Shown here one piece after another: positions 22,653-32,350 of a DNA stretch of 40,000 bases (its first letter is position 1; each line of letters starts with the position of its first letter). The position numbers and the translations under genes are program-made. The notes below the pieces were generated by a model that saw nothing but the letters and a program-made list of their open reading frames with translations, was not told where the DNA came from and ran no database searches. This stretch comes from an uncultured Acidobacteriota bacterium (lineage in GTDB: Bacteria > Acidobacteriota > Terriglobia > Acidiferrales > UBA7541). The stretch is from contig CAWEFX010000005.1 of the NCBI GenBank assembly GCA_963808465.1, forward strand, positions 110,921-150,920, given 5' to 3'.

Positions 22653-24433
22653 GAGAAGTTTCGGACCACGCTCGCGTAGCGCTGGCATTCGCTCTGGCGT
22701 TGCTGGTGATGGTGGGCTGGTATTTTTTGAATCCGCCGAAGCCGCAGCCGCCGCCGGGATCGGCGATCGCGCAGCATGCGACCAATGCGCCGGCCGGCGC
22801 CGGAGCCGCGATTACGCAGCCAAATCAGGCCGTAGTGGCGGGCTCGACTGGAGCAACATCGGTTGCTCCGGCAGTCGCTGCAGGCGAAAAGAATATCGTA
22901 GTGGAAAGCGATCTCTACCGCGTGGAACTTTCGAATCGCGGCGGCGTGGTGCGCAGCTGGCAGCTGAAAAAATATACGGATGAGGGTAATCCTCCGCGCA
23001 CGCTGGATCTGGTGAACGCCGATCTTGCGCGGCAGACGGGCGGCTGGCCGCTTTCTTTGCAGCTTGCGGACCAGCAACTCGAGACCGCTGCGAATCAGGG
23101 GCTTTACGTCGTCAAGGCTTCTTCGGATGGCAGCACTACAGACACAGACAACACGATTACGGCTCCCGCGCAAGTGGAATTTCACTGGAGCGATGGACGG
23201 CTCAACGTCACGAAGACGCTGAAATTCGATCGCAGTTACATCATCGGAGTCGAAACTTCGGTTCAGCAGAACGGAAGCCCGGCAAGTTACAGCGTCGCCT
23301 GGCGCGGCGGCTTTGGCGATGTGACCGCATTTCGCGCCGCAACGCAGACCCTGGTTTTCGATGGCCATGATGGCAGCGTCAGCACAATTGCCAGCAAGAA
23401 CGTCGGGGTGCCTAACCAGCGCAATGTGCCTGCCGAAGTGCCGGGCACATTCAGCGTGGCGGGCCTCGAGGATCTCTACTTTGCCGCAGCGTTTCTTCCC
23501 GCCGAGCCGCCTGCGGACCAGCCCGTCCCTGATGTACTGACGCTTTCCGCCCGGCAGGCGACGCACACGCTGCAGAACGACGGCAAGACGACGCAGGAGA
23601 TTCTGCCGGAAATGGCGGTTGGTTCGACCACGCCGGGGCCGCTTGCGCTGCGGCTTTACGTGGGCCCCAAGGATATCGATCTTCTCAAGACGGTTCGCCC
23701 GCCGCTGAATGGGCTCGTGCAGTTCGGCTGGTTTGGTTTAATTGCCGAACCGCTCTTCTACATTCTGCGTTGGATCTACCACTACGTTCCGAACTACGGC
23801 TGGGCCATTGTGGTGATGACGGTTGCCATCAACATGGTGCTCTATCCACTTAAGGTGAAGAGCTGGCGTTCCATGCAGAAGATGCAGAAAGTGGCGCCGG
23901 AAATCCGCTCGATTCAAGACCGCTATAAGAAATATTCCATGCGCGACCCTCGCAAACAGGAGATGAACAAGGAAGTGATGGAGGTGTACAACCGCGAGGG
24001 CGTCAATCCCATGGGCAGCTGCCTGCCGCAAGTGATCCAGATGCCGATCTGGTTCGGGCTGTATCGGATGCTGAACGCCACGATTGAATTGCGGCACGCA
24101 CCGTGGTTCGGGCCTTTTCACGACCTGGCGGGCCGCGATCCTTACTTCATTTTGACCATCAGCATGGCCATACTGATGTACGCAGCGCAGAAGATGACAC
24201 CCATGACCGTCACCGACCCATCGCAGCAGCGTATGATGACGCTGATGCCGCTCATGTTTACGGGCATGTTTTTTCTGATTCCTGTTTCCAGCGGCCTTAT
24301 TCTTTACATTGTCACGCAAAATATCATGGCTGTGATCCAGCAGTGGCATCTGAATCGCACTTCGCCCCTGAAGGCGTCTTCGCCTGTAAGGGGCAAAAAA
24401 AAAGAAATGGCACGCGCGGCGCTTAGCAAGTAA
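22649..24433 (+). CDS. yidC: Membrane protein insertase YidC
   Basis: N-terminal TM, a large periplasmic domain, and the conserved C-terminal core (GWAIVVMTVAINMVLYPL...MQKVAPEIRSIQDRYK...NPMGSCLPQVIQMPIWFGLY). Its GTG overlaps the yidD stop. Confidence 0.9.
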   Translation: MREVSDHARVALAFALALLVMVGWYFLNPPKPQPPPGSAIAQHATNAPAGAGAAITQPNQAVVAGSTGATSVAPAVAAGEKNIVVESDLYRVELSNRGGVVRSWQLKKYTDEGNPPRTLDLVNADLARQTGGWPLSLQLADQQLETAANQGLYVVKASSDGSTTDTDNTITAPAQVEFHWSDGRLNVTKTLKFDRSYIIGVETSVQQNGSPASYSVAWRGGFGDVTAFRAATQTLVFDGHDGSVSTIASKNVGVPNQRNVPAEVPGTFSVAGLEDLYFAAAFLPAEPPADQPVPDVLTLSARQATHTLQNDGKTTQEILPEMAVGSTTPGPLALRLYVGPKDIDLLKTVRPPLNGLVQFGWFGLIAEPLFYILRWIYHYVPNYGWAIVVMTVAINMVLYPLKVKSWRSMQKMQKVAPEIRSIQDRYKKYSMRDPRKQEMNKEVMEVYNREGVNPMGSCLPQVIQMPIWFGLYRMLNATIELRHAPWFGPFHDLAGRDPYFILTISMAILMYAAQKMTPMTVTDPSQQRMMTLMPLMFTGMFFLIPVSSGLILYIVTQNIMAVIQQWHLNRTSPLKASSPVRGKKKEMARAALSK

Positions 24434-24465
24434 GTTCGGCCATTAGGTGCTTCGGAGAATCAGCC

Positions 24466-24987
24466 ATGCCCCCCAGCCTAGTTCGTGACGGCAAGCTAGA
24501 CCGCGAAGCCGCCGCCGCGGAAATTCGCAACTGTCTCGACACGATCCTGCGCACCGGGCGTTTTCACCTGAGCTATCGTGTGGACATCGCGCCGAAAGTT
24601 GGCGCGGACGATCTGGAAACCGCCGAGATCGTGGTGAATTTCGACGGCCCCGACAAAACGCTGCTCGTGGAGCGCAACGGCGATTTGCTCAAGGCACTGG
24701 AACACATTGCCATCCGCTGGCTGAGACTCGAACCCCAACTCCATAATCGAGTGCGCTTCGATTGCGGGAGCTTTCGCGCTTCACATATCAACGAATTGAA
24801 GCTTTCCGCAGAAGTGGCCGCCGAGCGCGTTCGCCAGACGCACGAGGCTTTTCGCTTCCAGCCCATGGCTGCGCGCGACCGGCGCATCGTTCACCTGGCG
24901 CTCAAGGATCAACCCGGAGTGCGTACCACCAGCGAGGGAGAGGGTGAGATGCGGCAGGTGGTGATTTTTCCCGCCGATTCGCAGTAG
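24466..24987 (+). CDS. jag: Jag/KhpB-like KH + R3H RNA-binding protein
   Basis: C-terminal R3H-like MAARDRRIVHLALKDQPGVRTTSEGEGEMRQVVIFP. It occupies the conserved position after yidC. Confidence 0.8.
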   Translation: MPPSLVRDGKLDREAAAAEIRNCLDTILRTGRFHLSYRVDIAPKVGADDLETAEIVVNFDGPDKTLLVERNGDLLKALEHIAIRWLRLEPQLHNRVRFDCGSFRASHINELKLSAEVAAERVRQTHEAFRFQPMAARDRRIVHLALKDQPGVRTTSEGEGEMRQVVIFPADSQ

Positions 24988-24993
24988 GTTATT

Positions 24994-25016
24994 ACGGCGA
25001 TAGCGCCGTTCTTTTG
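24994..25016 (+). terminator. Rho-independent terminator-like hairpin after jag
   Basis: ACGGCG-ATAG-CGCCGT followed by TCTTTTG. Confidence 0.45.
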
Positions 25017-25048
25017 TCGCTAAGATCCGCTGACAGATACCGTTCTAC

Positions 25049-26263
25049 TCATTCTTCGCGCAGGCGCCCTTTAGAAAGAATCTTGCCGTCGGGCGCGAAG
25101 ACCACTTCAAACGTGAAGTTGCTGGAACGCCCGATATCCCCGTGCAATGACGCGGCCCGGCGCTGTCCGTAAAAGCGCAAATCGCTGATTTCCACCACGT
25201 GCTTGCCGTCGCGTTCAAAAAACCTGAACAGCGGAAAGCGCGCAAACCACAAAAACGTTTGTACCTCGCTCAATCCGCGCGCCGATTCGATGTACTGGTT
25301 CGAAGGCGACTGCGGAAAGAAGTCAATGTGAAACGGTTCGTCTCCGAACTGGGCAAATTGAATTCGATAGACTCCATCGGGCGTTTCGATCAGGCCGGCC
25401 CAGCGCGCGATTGAGGGAGGCAGCGGCAATGCGGCTATATTCTGAACATTGAGATGCGCTTGGGTGGCAAATTCGGAAACGTGCTGGAAGGCTGAACGGT
25501 GCAGCGCGGCTGCAAAGCCAACATACGCCACGATCAGGGCGAGTCCTATGCGGCACCACTTTGCACGTCCCGCGCGCGAACCGCTTCCATGCCTGAGCGG
25601 CAACAGGAAGAAGCAACCCAAAGCACCGGCTATAGCAAATGAAGCGCCCGTCGGAAATGGAATATCCAAAGGCCGCACCAGCGGTCCCAGGGCAAACGCG
25701 GCCGCAGTGAACAAAGCCCATAATGGCAGGGCGCGTTTCCAGCTATCTTTCAGGGGCCGAAACGCCCAGGCAGCCACTTGCGGCATGAGCGCGAGCGACG
25801 TGAAGGTAAGATCCACTATGAAAATCCAGTCCCAGGCCACCCGCGAATAATTGACTGGACTCCACAGCATGGTGCCAAAGTTCGTGATGACGTCCAGGAA
25901 AATGTGGCTTCCGATCGCTATCAGATAGATTGCCAACAGATCGCCGAATTCAGGAGCGGGCCATTGCACGCGGCGCGCCAGCCACCAAGTGATCGCGGTC
26001 AGCGCCAGCGCCCATACGGGCAACATCACCACGGAATGCGTGATGCTGCGGTGCCACGTCATGATCGCGAGACTGTTGTGCGCTAGCGGACCGGCGAAGA
26101 CGTCGATATCGGGGAATACCGCTCCGGCCGTGCAGGCGAGAATCGCAACGCGACCAGCGGTTCGAGGGGGCTCGTTCCAGGGCATCGGAGCGCGCGAAGG
26201 TTCTCCCGCAAAAAAAGCTTTGCCGATCAGCGCGCCGACAATGCCATGCGTGATTGTGTCCAT
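25049..26263 (-). CDS. Membrane-bound metal-dependent hydrolase (YdjM/DUF457-like) with an extra C-terminal domain
   Basis: The N-terminus MDTITHGIVGALIGKAFF is typical of the family. Multiple TM helices with His-rich loops (SITHSV, IGSHIFLD). Confidence 0.7.
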   Translation of the reverse strand: MDTITHGIVGALIGKAFFAGEPSRAPMPWNEPPRTAGRVAILACTAGAVFPDIDVFAGPLAHNSLAIMTWHRSITHSVVMLPVWALALTAITWWLARRVQWPAPEFGDLLAIYLIAIGSHIFLDVITNFGTMLWSPVNYSRVAWDWIFIVDLTFTSLALMPQVAAWAFRPLKDSWKRALPLWALFTAAAFALGPLVRPLDIPFPTGASFAIAGALGCFFLLPLRHGSGSRAGRAKWCRIGLALIVAYVGFAAALHRSAFQHVSEFATQAHLNVQNIAALPLPPSIARWAGLIETPDGVYRIQFAQFGDEPFHIDFFPQSPSNQYIESARGLSEVQTFLWFARFPLFRFFERDGKHVVEISDLRFYGQRRAASLHGDIGRSSNFTFEVVFAPDGKILSKGRLREE

Positions 26264-26281
26264 CGGTCGCGGGCGGCCAGA

Positions 26282-27337
26282 CTACTTGACCTCCATCAGC
26301 GGAGAGCGCTTTTCCAGTACCCGGCCGATACGGCGCGCGGAAACTTCGCGAGCTGCCAAGACGCTCAGCGCCCCATCGGCTTGTGCCGCTTCCAAGGACA
26401 CAAGAAGCCCGCCCGAGGTCTGAGGATCGAATAGAAGATTTTGGAATTCATCGGGGACCGACGGCCGAAAGGCGACGCAATCGCCGATGAATTGACGGTT
26501 ATTTTTTAGTCCGCCGGAATAAAAACCCTCGCGAGAAGCTGCGATTGCGCCGGGCAGATAGTCAATCGCAGCGTGGTCGATCTCCAGAGAGACACCGCTC
26601 CCGACGGCCATTTCCCGCGCGTGACCGAGCAGAGCGAAGCCAGTGACATCCGTGACCGCGTGGATTGTTCCCGGATTTCGTTCCTCTACTTCGGCCAGCG
26701 CCGCGGCTGCGTCGCGATTCAGGCGAGACATCGTGGCGGTCGCTGTTGCCACGGTCGATTCCGTGATTCGCCCCTGTTTCAAGCCGGTCGTGATAACGCC
26801 GGCGCCAAGCGGCTTCGTGAGGAGTAAGGCGTCGCCGGGTTGCGCGCCTACATTTCGCCAAACACGGGCGGGATCGATCAGGCCCGTAACCGCGTAGCCG
26901 AATTTCATGTCATCGTCGCGGATGGAGTGGCCGCCGATCACGGTGCAGCCGGCCTCGTCCATCTTGGCCAAGCCGCCGCGCAGGATCTGCTCCAGAATTT
27001 CGAGTGCGCCCTTTTCAGGAAACGCCACAATCGAGAGCGCCGAGATCGGCCGGCCGCCCATCGCGTAAACGTCGCTAAGGGCATTGGCCGCGGCAATCTG
27101 GCCAAAAGAGAAAGGATCATCGACGATCGGCGTGAAAAAATCGACCGTCTGCACCAGTGCGAGTCCCGAACTCAATCGATAAATGCCGGCATCGTCGCTG
27201 GTCTCAAATCCAACGACGACATTGTCGTCCATTTGCCGAGGCAGGCGCCGCAAGACCGAATCGAGCACACTCGGGCTTAACTTAGCGGCGCAACCGGCCG
27301 CCTTTACTGTGGATGTAAGTTTCACCTGATCGAGCAC
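26282..27337 (-). CDS. selD: Selenide, water dikinase (selenophosphate synthetase), Cys-type
   Basis: The N-terminus KLTSTVKAAGCAAKLSP is the SelD active-site loop with Cys. The AIR-synthase-like fold motifs are GFETSDDAGIY and VYAMGGRP. Confidence 0.9.
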   Translation of the reverse strand: MLDQVKLTSTVKAAGCAAKLSPSVLDSVLRRLPRQMDDNVVVGFETSDDAGIYRLSSGLALVQTVDFFTPIVDDPFSFGQIAAANALSDVYAMGGRPISALSIVAFPEKGALEILEQILRGGLAKMDEAGCTVIGGHSIRDDDMKFGYAVTGLIDPARVWRNVGAQPGDALLLTKPLGAGVITTGLKQGRITESTVATATATMSRLNRDAAAALAEVEERNPGTIHAVTDVTGFALLGHAREMAVGSGVSLEIDHAAIDYLPGAIAASREGFYSGGLKNNRQFIGDCVAFRPSVPDEFQNLLFDPQTSGGLLVSLEAAQADGALSVLAAREVSARRIGRVLEKRSPLMEVK

Positions 27338-27624
27338 GCGCTCCCTCGCCGAGGAAACTTCGATTATAGCCGCAATCGGGCTTGAGCCGCCCTCCGGCAG
27401 TTCGACGGCGGAGGATGCTATCGCCTCTCAATTTTGTGTCGGAGGTGTAACGGGAGTAACCGATAGAGGAAATTTCAATGAGGGACAGGTCGGGTTCATA
27501 CCGCCACTGCCAAAATGAGAGGCAAGCTTCCGCGGCGCGGCCGTAGTCGATATATCCCGATGGCGTCCTTATCGGCCAGTGCGCCGGAGCTTCTCGGCTC
27601 AGATTTTAATCTGGAGGCATCGCC

Positions 27625-29154
27625 GTGATCATTCCGTTGAATCATGAAAACATGCAAGGGCGCCGCTGGCCCTACGTGACCATCGGGATCATTGCCTTGA
27701 ACGCGATCGCCTTTCTTGCCACGAATTCGACGATTGATCGTGAAACCAAAGAGATGGGCCAGGTTCGCGAGCACATCCTTCTTTTGGCGGCGGCGCATCC
27801 CGATACCCCCATGAACGCTACGGAGCAGAAATTAGTCGAGAGCTTCCGCCATTCCCAAGCCAAGACTTGGGATTTACTGGCGTCGCGCGACCACACGCCG
27901 TTAGACGCATGGGACGTGGATATGCGCACCTGGACGGAGCCGCGTTGCGAAGAAGAGATGACCCGGCTGGGCGCGCAGCTCGATCAAATGCAATCGGAAT
28001 CGGTGCTCGGACGATATGCTTTTTATCCATCCCGACGCGTCCCCATCAGTTATTTGACAGCAAACTTTCTGCACGGTGGCTGGCTGCATTTGATCTTTAA
28101 CATGTGGTTCCTTTGGCTGGCCGGCGGAATACTCGAGGACACCTGGGGCCGGCCGCTCTACGCGGCGTTTTATCTCGTCTCTGGTGTTGCGGCGCTTTGG
28201 GGATATGCGCTCGTTTATCCCAACGGCATAATTCCGGTTATCGGCGCGTCCGGTGCAATTGCTTCTCTCATGGGCGGGTTTCTCGCGCGCTTTTCGAAAA
28301 CGAAAATTCAACTTGGGTTTTTCTATTGGATTGTGCGGCCCCGCCTCTATCGTTTTCACGCGCCCGCGTATGCTGTCTTACCGCTGTGGCTCGGTGTTCA
28401 GCTTCTTTCCGGGGTGATGGCGGGTGAAAGTGGCGGCGTAGCCTATTGGGCGCACATCGGTGGATTTGGCTTTGGCCTGGTGGCGGCGCTAATTTTGCGC
28501 TACAGCGGTATCGAAAAGCATGCCGATCAGGCTATCGCGGAGAAGGTGGGGTGGTCTGCCGATCCGCATATCGTCAAAGCTACTGACCTGCTCGAAAAGG
28601 AGCAATTCGACGAAGCGATATCCGAGCTCAAGGCTCTGATCGCGGAGAAACCCGCTTCCATTGACGCCTACGAAATGCTTTCGAGCGTTTACTTTCGAAA
28701 AGGCGATACGCAAGGTTATCTGCAAGCCATCGAGACTGCATGTCAGCTTCACCTCAAGCTCCACGATGCTGAGGCGGCTTGGCAGGACTACGAGGATTAC
28801 GTGAAGGCCGGCGGCGCGAAAATGCCGGCGACGAGCTGGCTCGAACTTTGCCGTCACGCTGAGAATATTCAGCAATGGGAGCGCGCCGCCAGTGAATACG
28901 AGAAGCTCGCTGAAGCATGGCCCCAAGACCGCAGTTCGGTGCTGGCACTAATCTCCGCCGGCCGAATCCAGCAAAGACAACTCAATCAGCCGCAGCAGGC
29001 GCTGAGACTCTACATCGCGGCGCAGAACTCGCCGGTTCCCCACCAGGATTGGAACGAGACGATTCGCAAAGGCGTGGACACCGCCATGGGAAAGCCGAAA
29101 GCGAGCGCGACGCAGCCTGCATCGCCGCCTATGGCTGGATCGCTGCGATCCTAA
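27625..29154 (+). CDS. Rhomboid-family intramembrane serine protease with a C-terminal TPR-like region
   Basis: FLHGGWLHLIFNMWFLW, catalytic GASGAIASLMG, and WAHIGGFGFG. The C-terminal helical repeats look TPR-like. Confidence 0.8.
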   Translation: MIIPLNHENMQGRRWPYVTIGIIALNAIAFLATNSTIDRETKEMGQVREHILLLAAAHPDTPMNATEQKLVESFRHSQAKTWDLLASRDHTPLDAWDVDMRTWTEPRCEEEMTRLGAQLDQMQSESVLGRYAFYPSRRVPISYLTANFLHGGWLHLIFNMWFLWLAGGILEDTWGRPLYAAFYLVSGVAALWGYALVYPNGIIPVIGASGAIASLMGGFLARFSKTKIQLGFFYWIVRPRLYRFHAPAYAVLPLWLGVQLLSGVMAGESGGVAYWAHIGGFGFGLVAALILRYSGIEKHADQAIAEKVGWSADPHIVKATDLLEKEQFDEAISELKALIAEKPASIDAYEMLSSVYFRKGDTQGYLQAIETACQLHLKLHDAEAAWQDYEDYVKAGGAKMPATSWLELCRHAENIQQWERAASEYEKLAEAWPQDRSSVLALISAGRIQQRQLNQPQQALRLYIAAQNSPVPHQDWNETIRKGVDTAMGKPKASATQPASPPMAGSLRS

Positions 29155-29204
29155 TTAAATAAATTCAAATTACGTGGATTCAAGAAAACTTTTGTCTTCG
29201 TGGG

Positions 29205-29492
29205 TTATCCGGCTTGCGCGGTGCGGATGGGAATCGTTACCGCCTTGGTCGCTTCCGATGGCGCAATGACGTGGCACTCGCCGTCAAAAATTCCGCCTGG
29301 CTCGATGACAAGACAATGCGAATGAATTTCTCCGGTTGCGGTGCCTTTTTTGTGAATCTCCACTTTTCCCTTGGCGAAGATTACGCCATTGAAATGGCCT
29401 GAGATCACGATGTCGTTGCCTTCGATCTGACCCTCCACGCGCGCCTCGTCGCCCAAAATCAAAACGTGCGTGGAAATTATGAGGCCCTTCAA
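29205..29492 (-). CDS. Bactofilin-like polymer-forming protein (start unresolved)
   Basis: Beta-helical repeat pattern VEGQIEGNDIVISGHFNGVIFAKGKVEIHKKGTATGEIHSHCLVIEPGGIFDGE. Bactofilin-like sequence continues upstream in frame to 29615 (KSVRFEGTLECPGTFRVEGELKG) with no ATG/GTG/TTG. A CTG at 29615-29613 follows GAGGTGA. Confidence 0.7.
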   Translation of the reverse strand: MKGLIISTHVLILGDEARVEGQIEGNDIVISGHFNGVIFAKGKVEIHKKGTATGEIHSHCLVIEPGGIFDGECHVIAPSEATKAVTIPIRTAQAG

Positions 29493-29707
29493 CTCGCCTT
29501 CGACGCGGAACGTGCCGGGGCATTCGAGCGTTCCTTCGAAACGGACGGATTTATCGAGGAACCCGGTCCATTCGGGAACGTGTTTCGACTCTCGCTTTCG
29601 AAACTTCCAGGGCAGAAATCACCTCAGAAATTATTGTGCGAGCGTAATTGTTTCAGAGCGTGGTGTGCGAGCACAAGCTCGCGGCAGTATTACTACACAT
29701 GTAGTGT

Positions 29708-30616
29708 TCACTTCTGGATAACTAGCCGATCATAGAGCCAGACCAATTGAGAATCCTCGTGATACTCGATAGCCAATTCGCCAGGCCGATTTTTGGTGGG
29801 CTGGCGCAGACGCACGCGCATTCCCAGCATGTGTTGCATCTCTTCGACCGCCGCTCGTGTGTTTGCATCAAGTTGCGGTTCGCCAGCCTCAGGAACTGCG
29901 GCGCGAGCGCGCCGAGTGCCGCTTCGTTCCAACTGCCGCACAGTCATTCTGCCGCGGGCCGCACGATGCGCGAGGGAAAGCCGAAGCTGCGGGTCAGCTA
30001 TTGCAAGCAGCGCCCGGCCATGCCCCGGTGTGAGACGTCCATCTTCGATAAAGGCAAGAATCTGTTTTTCCAGACGCAGAAGACGCGTGGCGTTGCCAAT
30101 GGTGGCCCGATCTTTACCGGTTTTTGCGGCCACTTCTTCCTGGGTTAAATGAAATTCGCTCATCAAGCGCTCATAGGCGCGGGCCTCTTCGATCGGGTTG
30201 AGGTCCTCGCGCTGAATATTCTCGACGAGGGTTATTTCGAGCGCGGCCTCATCGGTGACTTCGCGGACGATCGCAGGCACACGGCTCAGTCCTGCTCGTT
30301 GCGCCGCGCGCCATCGGCGCTCGCCGGCGAGAAGCTGATAGCGCGATCCAATTCGTCGCAGCACCAAAGGCTGAATGATGCCGCTTTCCTGGATCGATTG
30401 AGCGAGCTCTGCCAACGCCTCTTCCCCAAAATGAGTGCGCGGCTGATATGGGCTTGGCTCGATCAAGTCAATATCCACCAACTGCGCGCCCGTAACTCCT
30501 GGCGTCGGCTCGACGTTCGTCGGAACCGGGAATCTGGTTACGTCCGTCGGCTGAGGATCCGGCTCACGAATGAGCGCTCCCAGCCCCCGCCCCAGCGCGT
30601 TTCTGGCCATTGGCAA
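29708..30616 (-). CDS. parB: Chromosome partitioning protein ParB
   Basis: NALGRGLGALI, IQPLVLRR...YQLLAGERRWRAAQRAGL, and HTH LTQEEVAAKTGKDRATIGNATRLLRL. Confidence 0.9.
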   Translation of the reverse strand: MPMARNALGRGLGALIREPDPQPTDVTRFPVPTNVEPTPGVTGAQLVDIDLIEPSPYQPRTHFGEEALAELAQSIQESGIIQPLVLRRIGSRYQLLAGERRWRAAQRAGLSRVPAIVREVTDEAALEITLVENIQREDLNPIEEARAYERLMSEFHLTQEEVAAKTGKDRATIGNATRLLRLEKQILAFIEDGRLTPGHGRALLAIADPQLRLSLAHRAARGRMTVRQLERSGTRRARAAVPEAGEPQLDANTRAAVEEMQHMLGMRVRLRQPTKNRPGELAIEYHEDSQLVWLYDRLVIQK

Positions 30617-31364
30617 TTACCTCCCTTGCGAGTTGAATGTAGGCCTCGGCACCTTTACTATGAATGTCGTAGAACATAATCGGCTTGCCGTGGCTAGGTG
30701 CTTCCGCGAGCCGAACGTTTCGTGGAATTACGCTCTCGAATACTTGAGCTCCGAAAAAGCTTCTGAGATCCGCAGCGACTTGGCGTGACAGCGTAGTCCT
30801 ATCGTCATACATGGTCAGCACGATCCCCTCGACGGCCAGGTCCGGGTTGAGCTCCCGCCGAATTCGCATCAGCGTATCCAGAAGATCCGAAACACCCTCA
30901 AGAGCTAGATATTCGCATTGAATCGGGACCAGAACCGAGTCACTGGCGACGAGGACGTTGAGAGTGATCAGATCGAGGGTCGGCGGACAGTCGACGATGA
31001 TAAAGGCATAATCCGAACGAATTTGCTGGATCAGCTCTTTCAACCGATATTCGCGGTTTTCGGCGGCTGCAAGCTCAATGGCGGCTCCGGCCAGATTCTT
31101 GTCAGAAGGAATAAGGTCCAAGCCTTCCACTTGAGTCTTTATGATGATTCTGCTTAAGTTCTCGCCCATCGAAAGGGCATGGTAGAGGGTCCGGCGCGAA
31201 GGATCCTTCCGGAATCCCAATCCGGTCGTGGTGTTTCCCTGGGGGTCTGCATCGATCAAGAGAATGGGTTTTTCGGCCAGTGCTATCGAAGCGGAGAGAT
31301 TAATTGCCGTGGTGGTCTTGCCTACGCCGCCCTTCTGATTGGCCACAGCGATTACGCGCGCCAA
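30564..31364 (-). CDS. parA: Chromosome partitioning ATPase ParA/Soj
   Basis: Deviant Walker A AVANQKGGVGKTTTAINL. The TTG at 31364 is preceded by AAGGAGAG, giving MARVIAVANQKGG. The ORF track extends the start to 31415. Confidence 0.9.
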   Translation of the reverse strand: MARVIAVANQKGGVGKTTTAINLSASIALAEKPILLIDADPQGNTTTGLGFRKDPSRRTLYHALSMGENLSRIIIKTQVEGLDLIPSDKNLAGAAIELAAAENREYRLKELIQQIRSDYAFIIVDCPPTLDLITLNVLVASDSVLVPIQCEYLALEGVSDLLDTLMRIRRELNPDLAVEGIVLTMYDDRTTLSRQVAADLRSFFGAQVFESVIPRNVRLAEAPSHGKPIMFYDIHSKGAEAYIQLAREVIANGQKRAGAGAGSAHS

Positions 31365-31486
31365 ATGCTCTCCTTTGGTGGCCGTGCTTTTGGGGCGGCA
31401 ATTTAGCAAATGCAAAGCGAATGTGCAAGATGTTTCGTGGAGGGAACGTCTTGTCGGGCTGGGCGAACCGGATCAGCGACCAGAAT

Positions 31487-31502
31487 TGTTTCACGTGAAA
31501 CA
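31487..31502. promoter_or_regulatory. parS: parS centromere-like site
   Basis: TGTTTCACGTGAAACA, a perfect 16-bp palindrome matching the conserved parS consensus. Confidence 0.85.
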
Positions 31503-31566
31503 TTTTCATGGTGAGAAGATGCCTATAACACATGCGATGGGTTGTGCTTTGCAAATTGTTTCACGT

Positions 31567-31582
31567 GAAACAAAATCCGCAT
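31567..31582. promoter_or_regulatory. parS: parS centromere-like site
   Basis: A second identical TGTTTCACGTGAAACA, 80 bp from the first. Confidence 0.85.
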
Positions 31583-31584
31583 AG

Positions 31585-32238
31585 CTACGGCTTCGGTGTC
31601 CCCATTAGAAGGATGCGCTGCCGGGATTCGGGAATTTTGACGGGCAGCGCCCAATTCCAGCCCTTTGCTCTCATCAGCAAATTCGAATCCTCTGTTCCAA
31701 GCCATAAAATCACGTGCCCCCCTGGTTTTAGGAGCGCTTTGGACCATAGCAGCAGCCTTTTATAGCCCCCGAGCGCCCGAGAACAGACGAAATCGAAGGA
31801 ACCGGGCGCAGCATGGAAATCCTCATACCGGCTGCGTACGACTTCCACGTTAGACAATCCCAAAGTAGACTGGACTTCCCTCAAAAAAGCGCATTTTTTG
31901 AGATTAGGCTCCAAGAGAGTCACTTGCAGCTCGGGAAAAGCGACTTTCAAGGGCAAACCGGGGAATCCGGCACCGCTTCCAACGTCGGCGAGCCGACCAC
32001 GGCTCATGGGAAGGAGTGAACCGGGGAAAATGCTCTCGCCGAAATGCCTTGCTACGATTTCTGTATCATTCTCGAGGGATGTGAGAGGGATGGTTTGATT
32101 CCACTTTTTCAGCAACTCCAGATACTTGGCCAGGCTCGCTAATTGCGAATCGGTGAGCGCATTGCCGCCGTAAGGCAAAAGAATCTGGCGGATTTCATCG
32201 AGAGAAAGGCGTCTGGTCGCGTTTTCGCTTGTTGACAT
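31585..32238 (-). CDS. rsmG: 16S rRNA (guanine527-N7)-methyltransferase RsmG/GidB
   Basis: SAM motif LADVGSGAGFPGLPLKVAFP, with WNQTIPLTS and IVARHFGESI. It occupies the conserved position next to parAB. Confidence 0.9.
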   Translation of the reverse strand: MSTSENATRRLSLDEIRQILLPYGGNALTDSQLASLAKYLELLKKWNQTIPLTSLENDTEIVARHFGESIFPGSLLPMSRGRLADVGSGAGFPGLPLKVAFPELQVTLLEPNLKKCAFLREVQSTLGLSNVEVVRSRYEDFHAAPGSFDFVCSRALGGYKRLLLWSKALLKPGGHVILWLGTEDSNLLMRAKGWNWALPVKIPESRQRILLMGTPKP

Positions 32239-32350
32239 TGCGTTAAGAGGCCTCGAATCAAACCACTGATTGCCTCCTTACACAAGTGCCATTGAGTCCC
32301 ACGCAGACGTTGACATCGCCCAAAGCTCCGACATAATGTTGGCGATTTCT

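Noticed and set aside
22490-23566. 358-aa minus-strand ORF (with 22260-22688 and 23738-24349 minus ORFs)
   Set aside because: It is antisense to the well-supported yidD/yidC genes. Its Arg/Ala/Gly-rich, low-complexity translation is typical of shadow ORFs in GC-rich DNA.
26282-27337. Selenocysteine recoding in selD
   Set aside because: The active-site position is a Cys codon (GCAAK context) and there is no in-frame TGA, so this is an ordinary Cys-type SelD.
31428-31446. Third, degenerate parS (TGTTTCGTGGAGGGAAC)
   Set aside because: Only the left half matches the consensus and the sequence is not palindromic.
32270-32350. N-terminal extension of purD (and 33580-33648 for the MOSC gene, 31365-31415 for parA)
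   Set aside because: The extensions lack homology-like sequence. The internal starts give canonical N-termini (MKILVIGSGGREHAL; MAHVSNL; MARVIAVANQKGG), and parA's internal start has a good SD.
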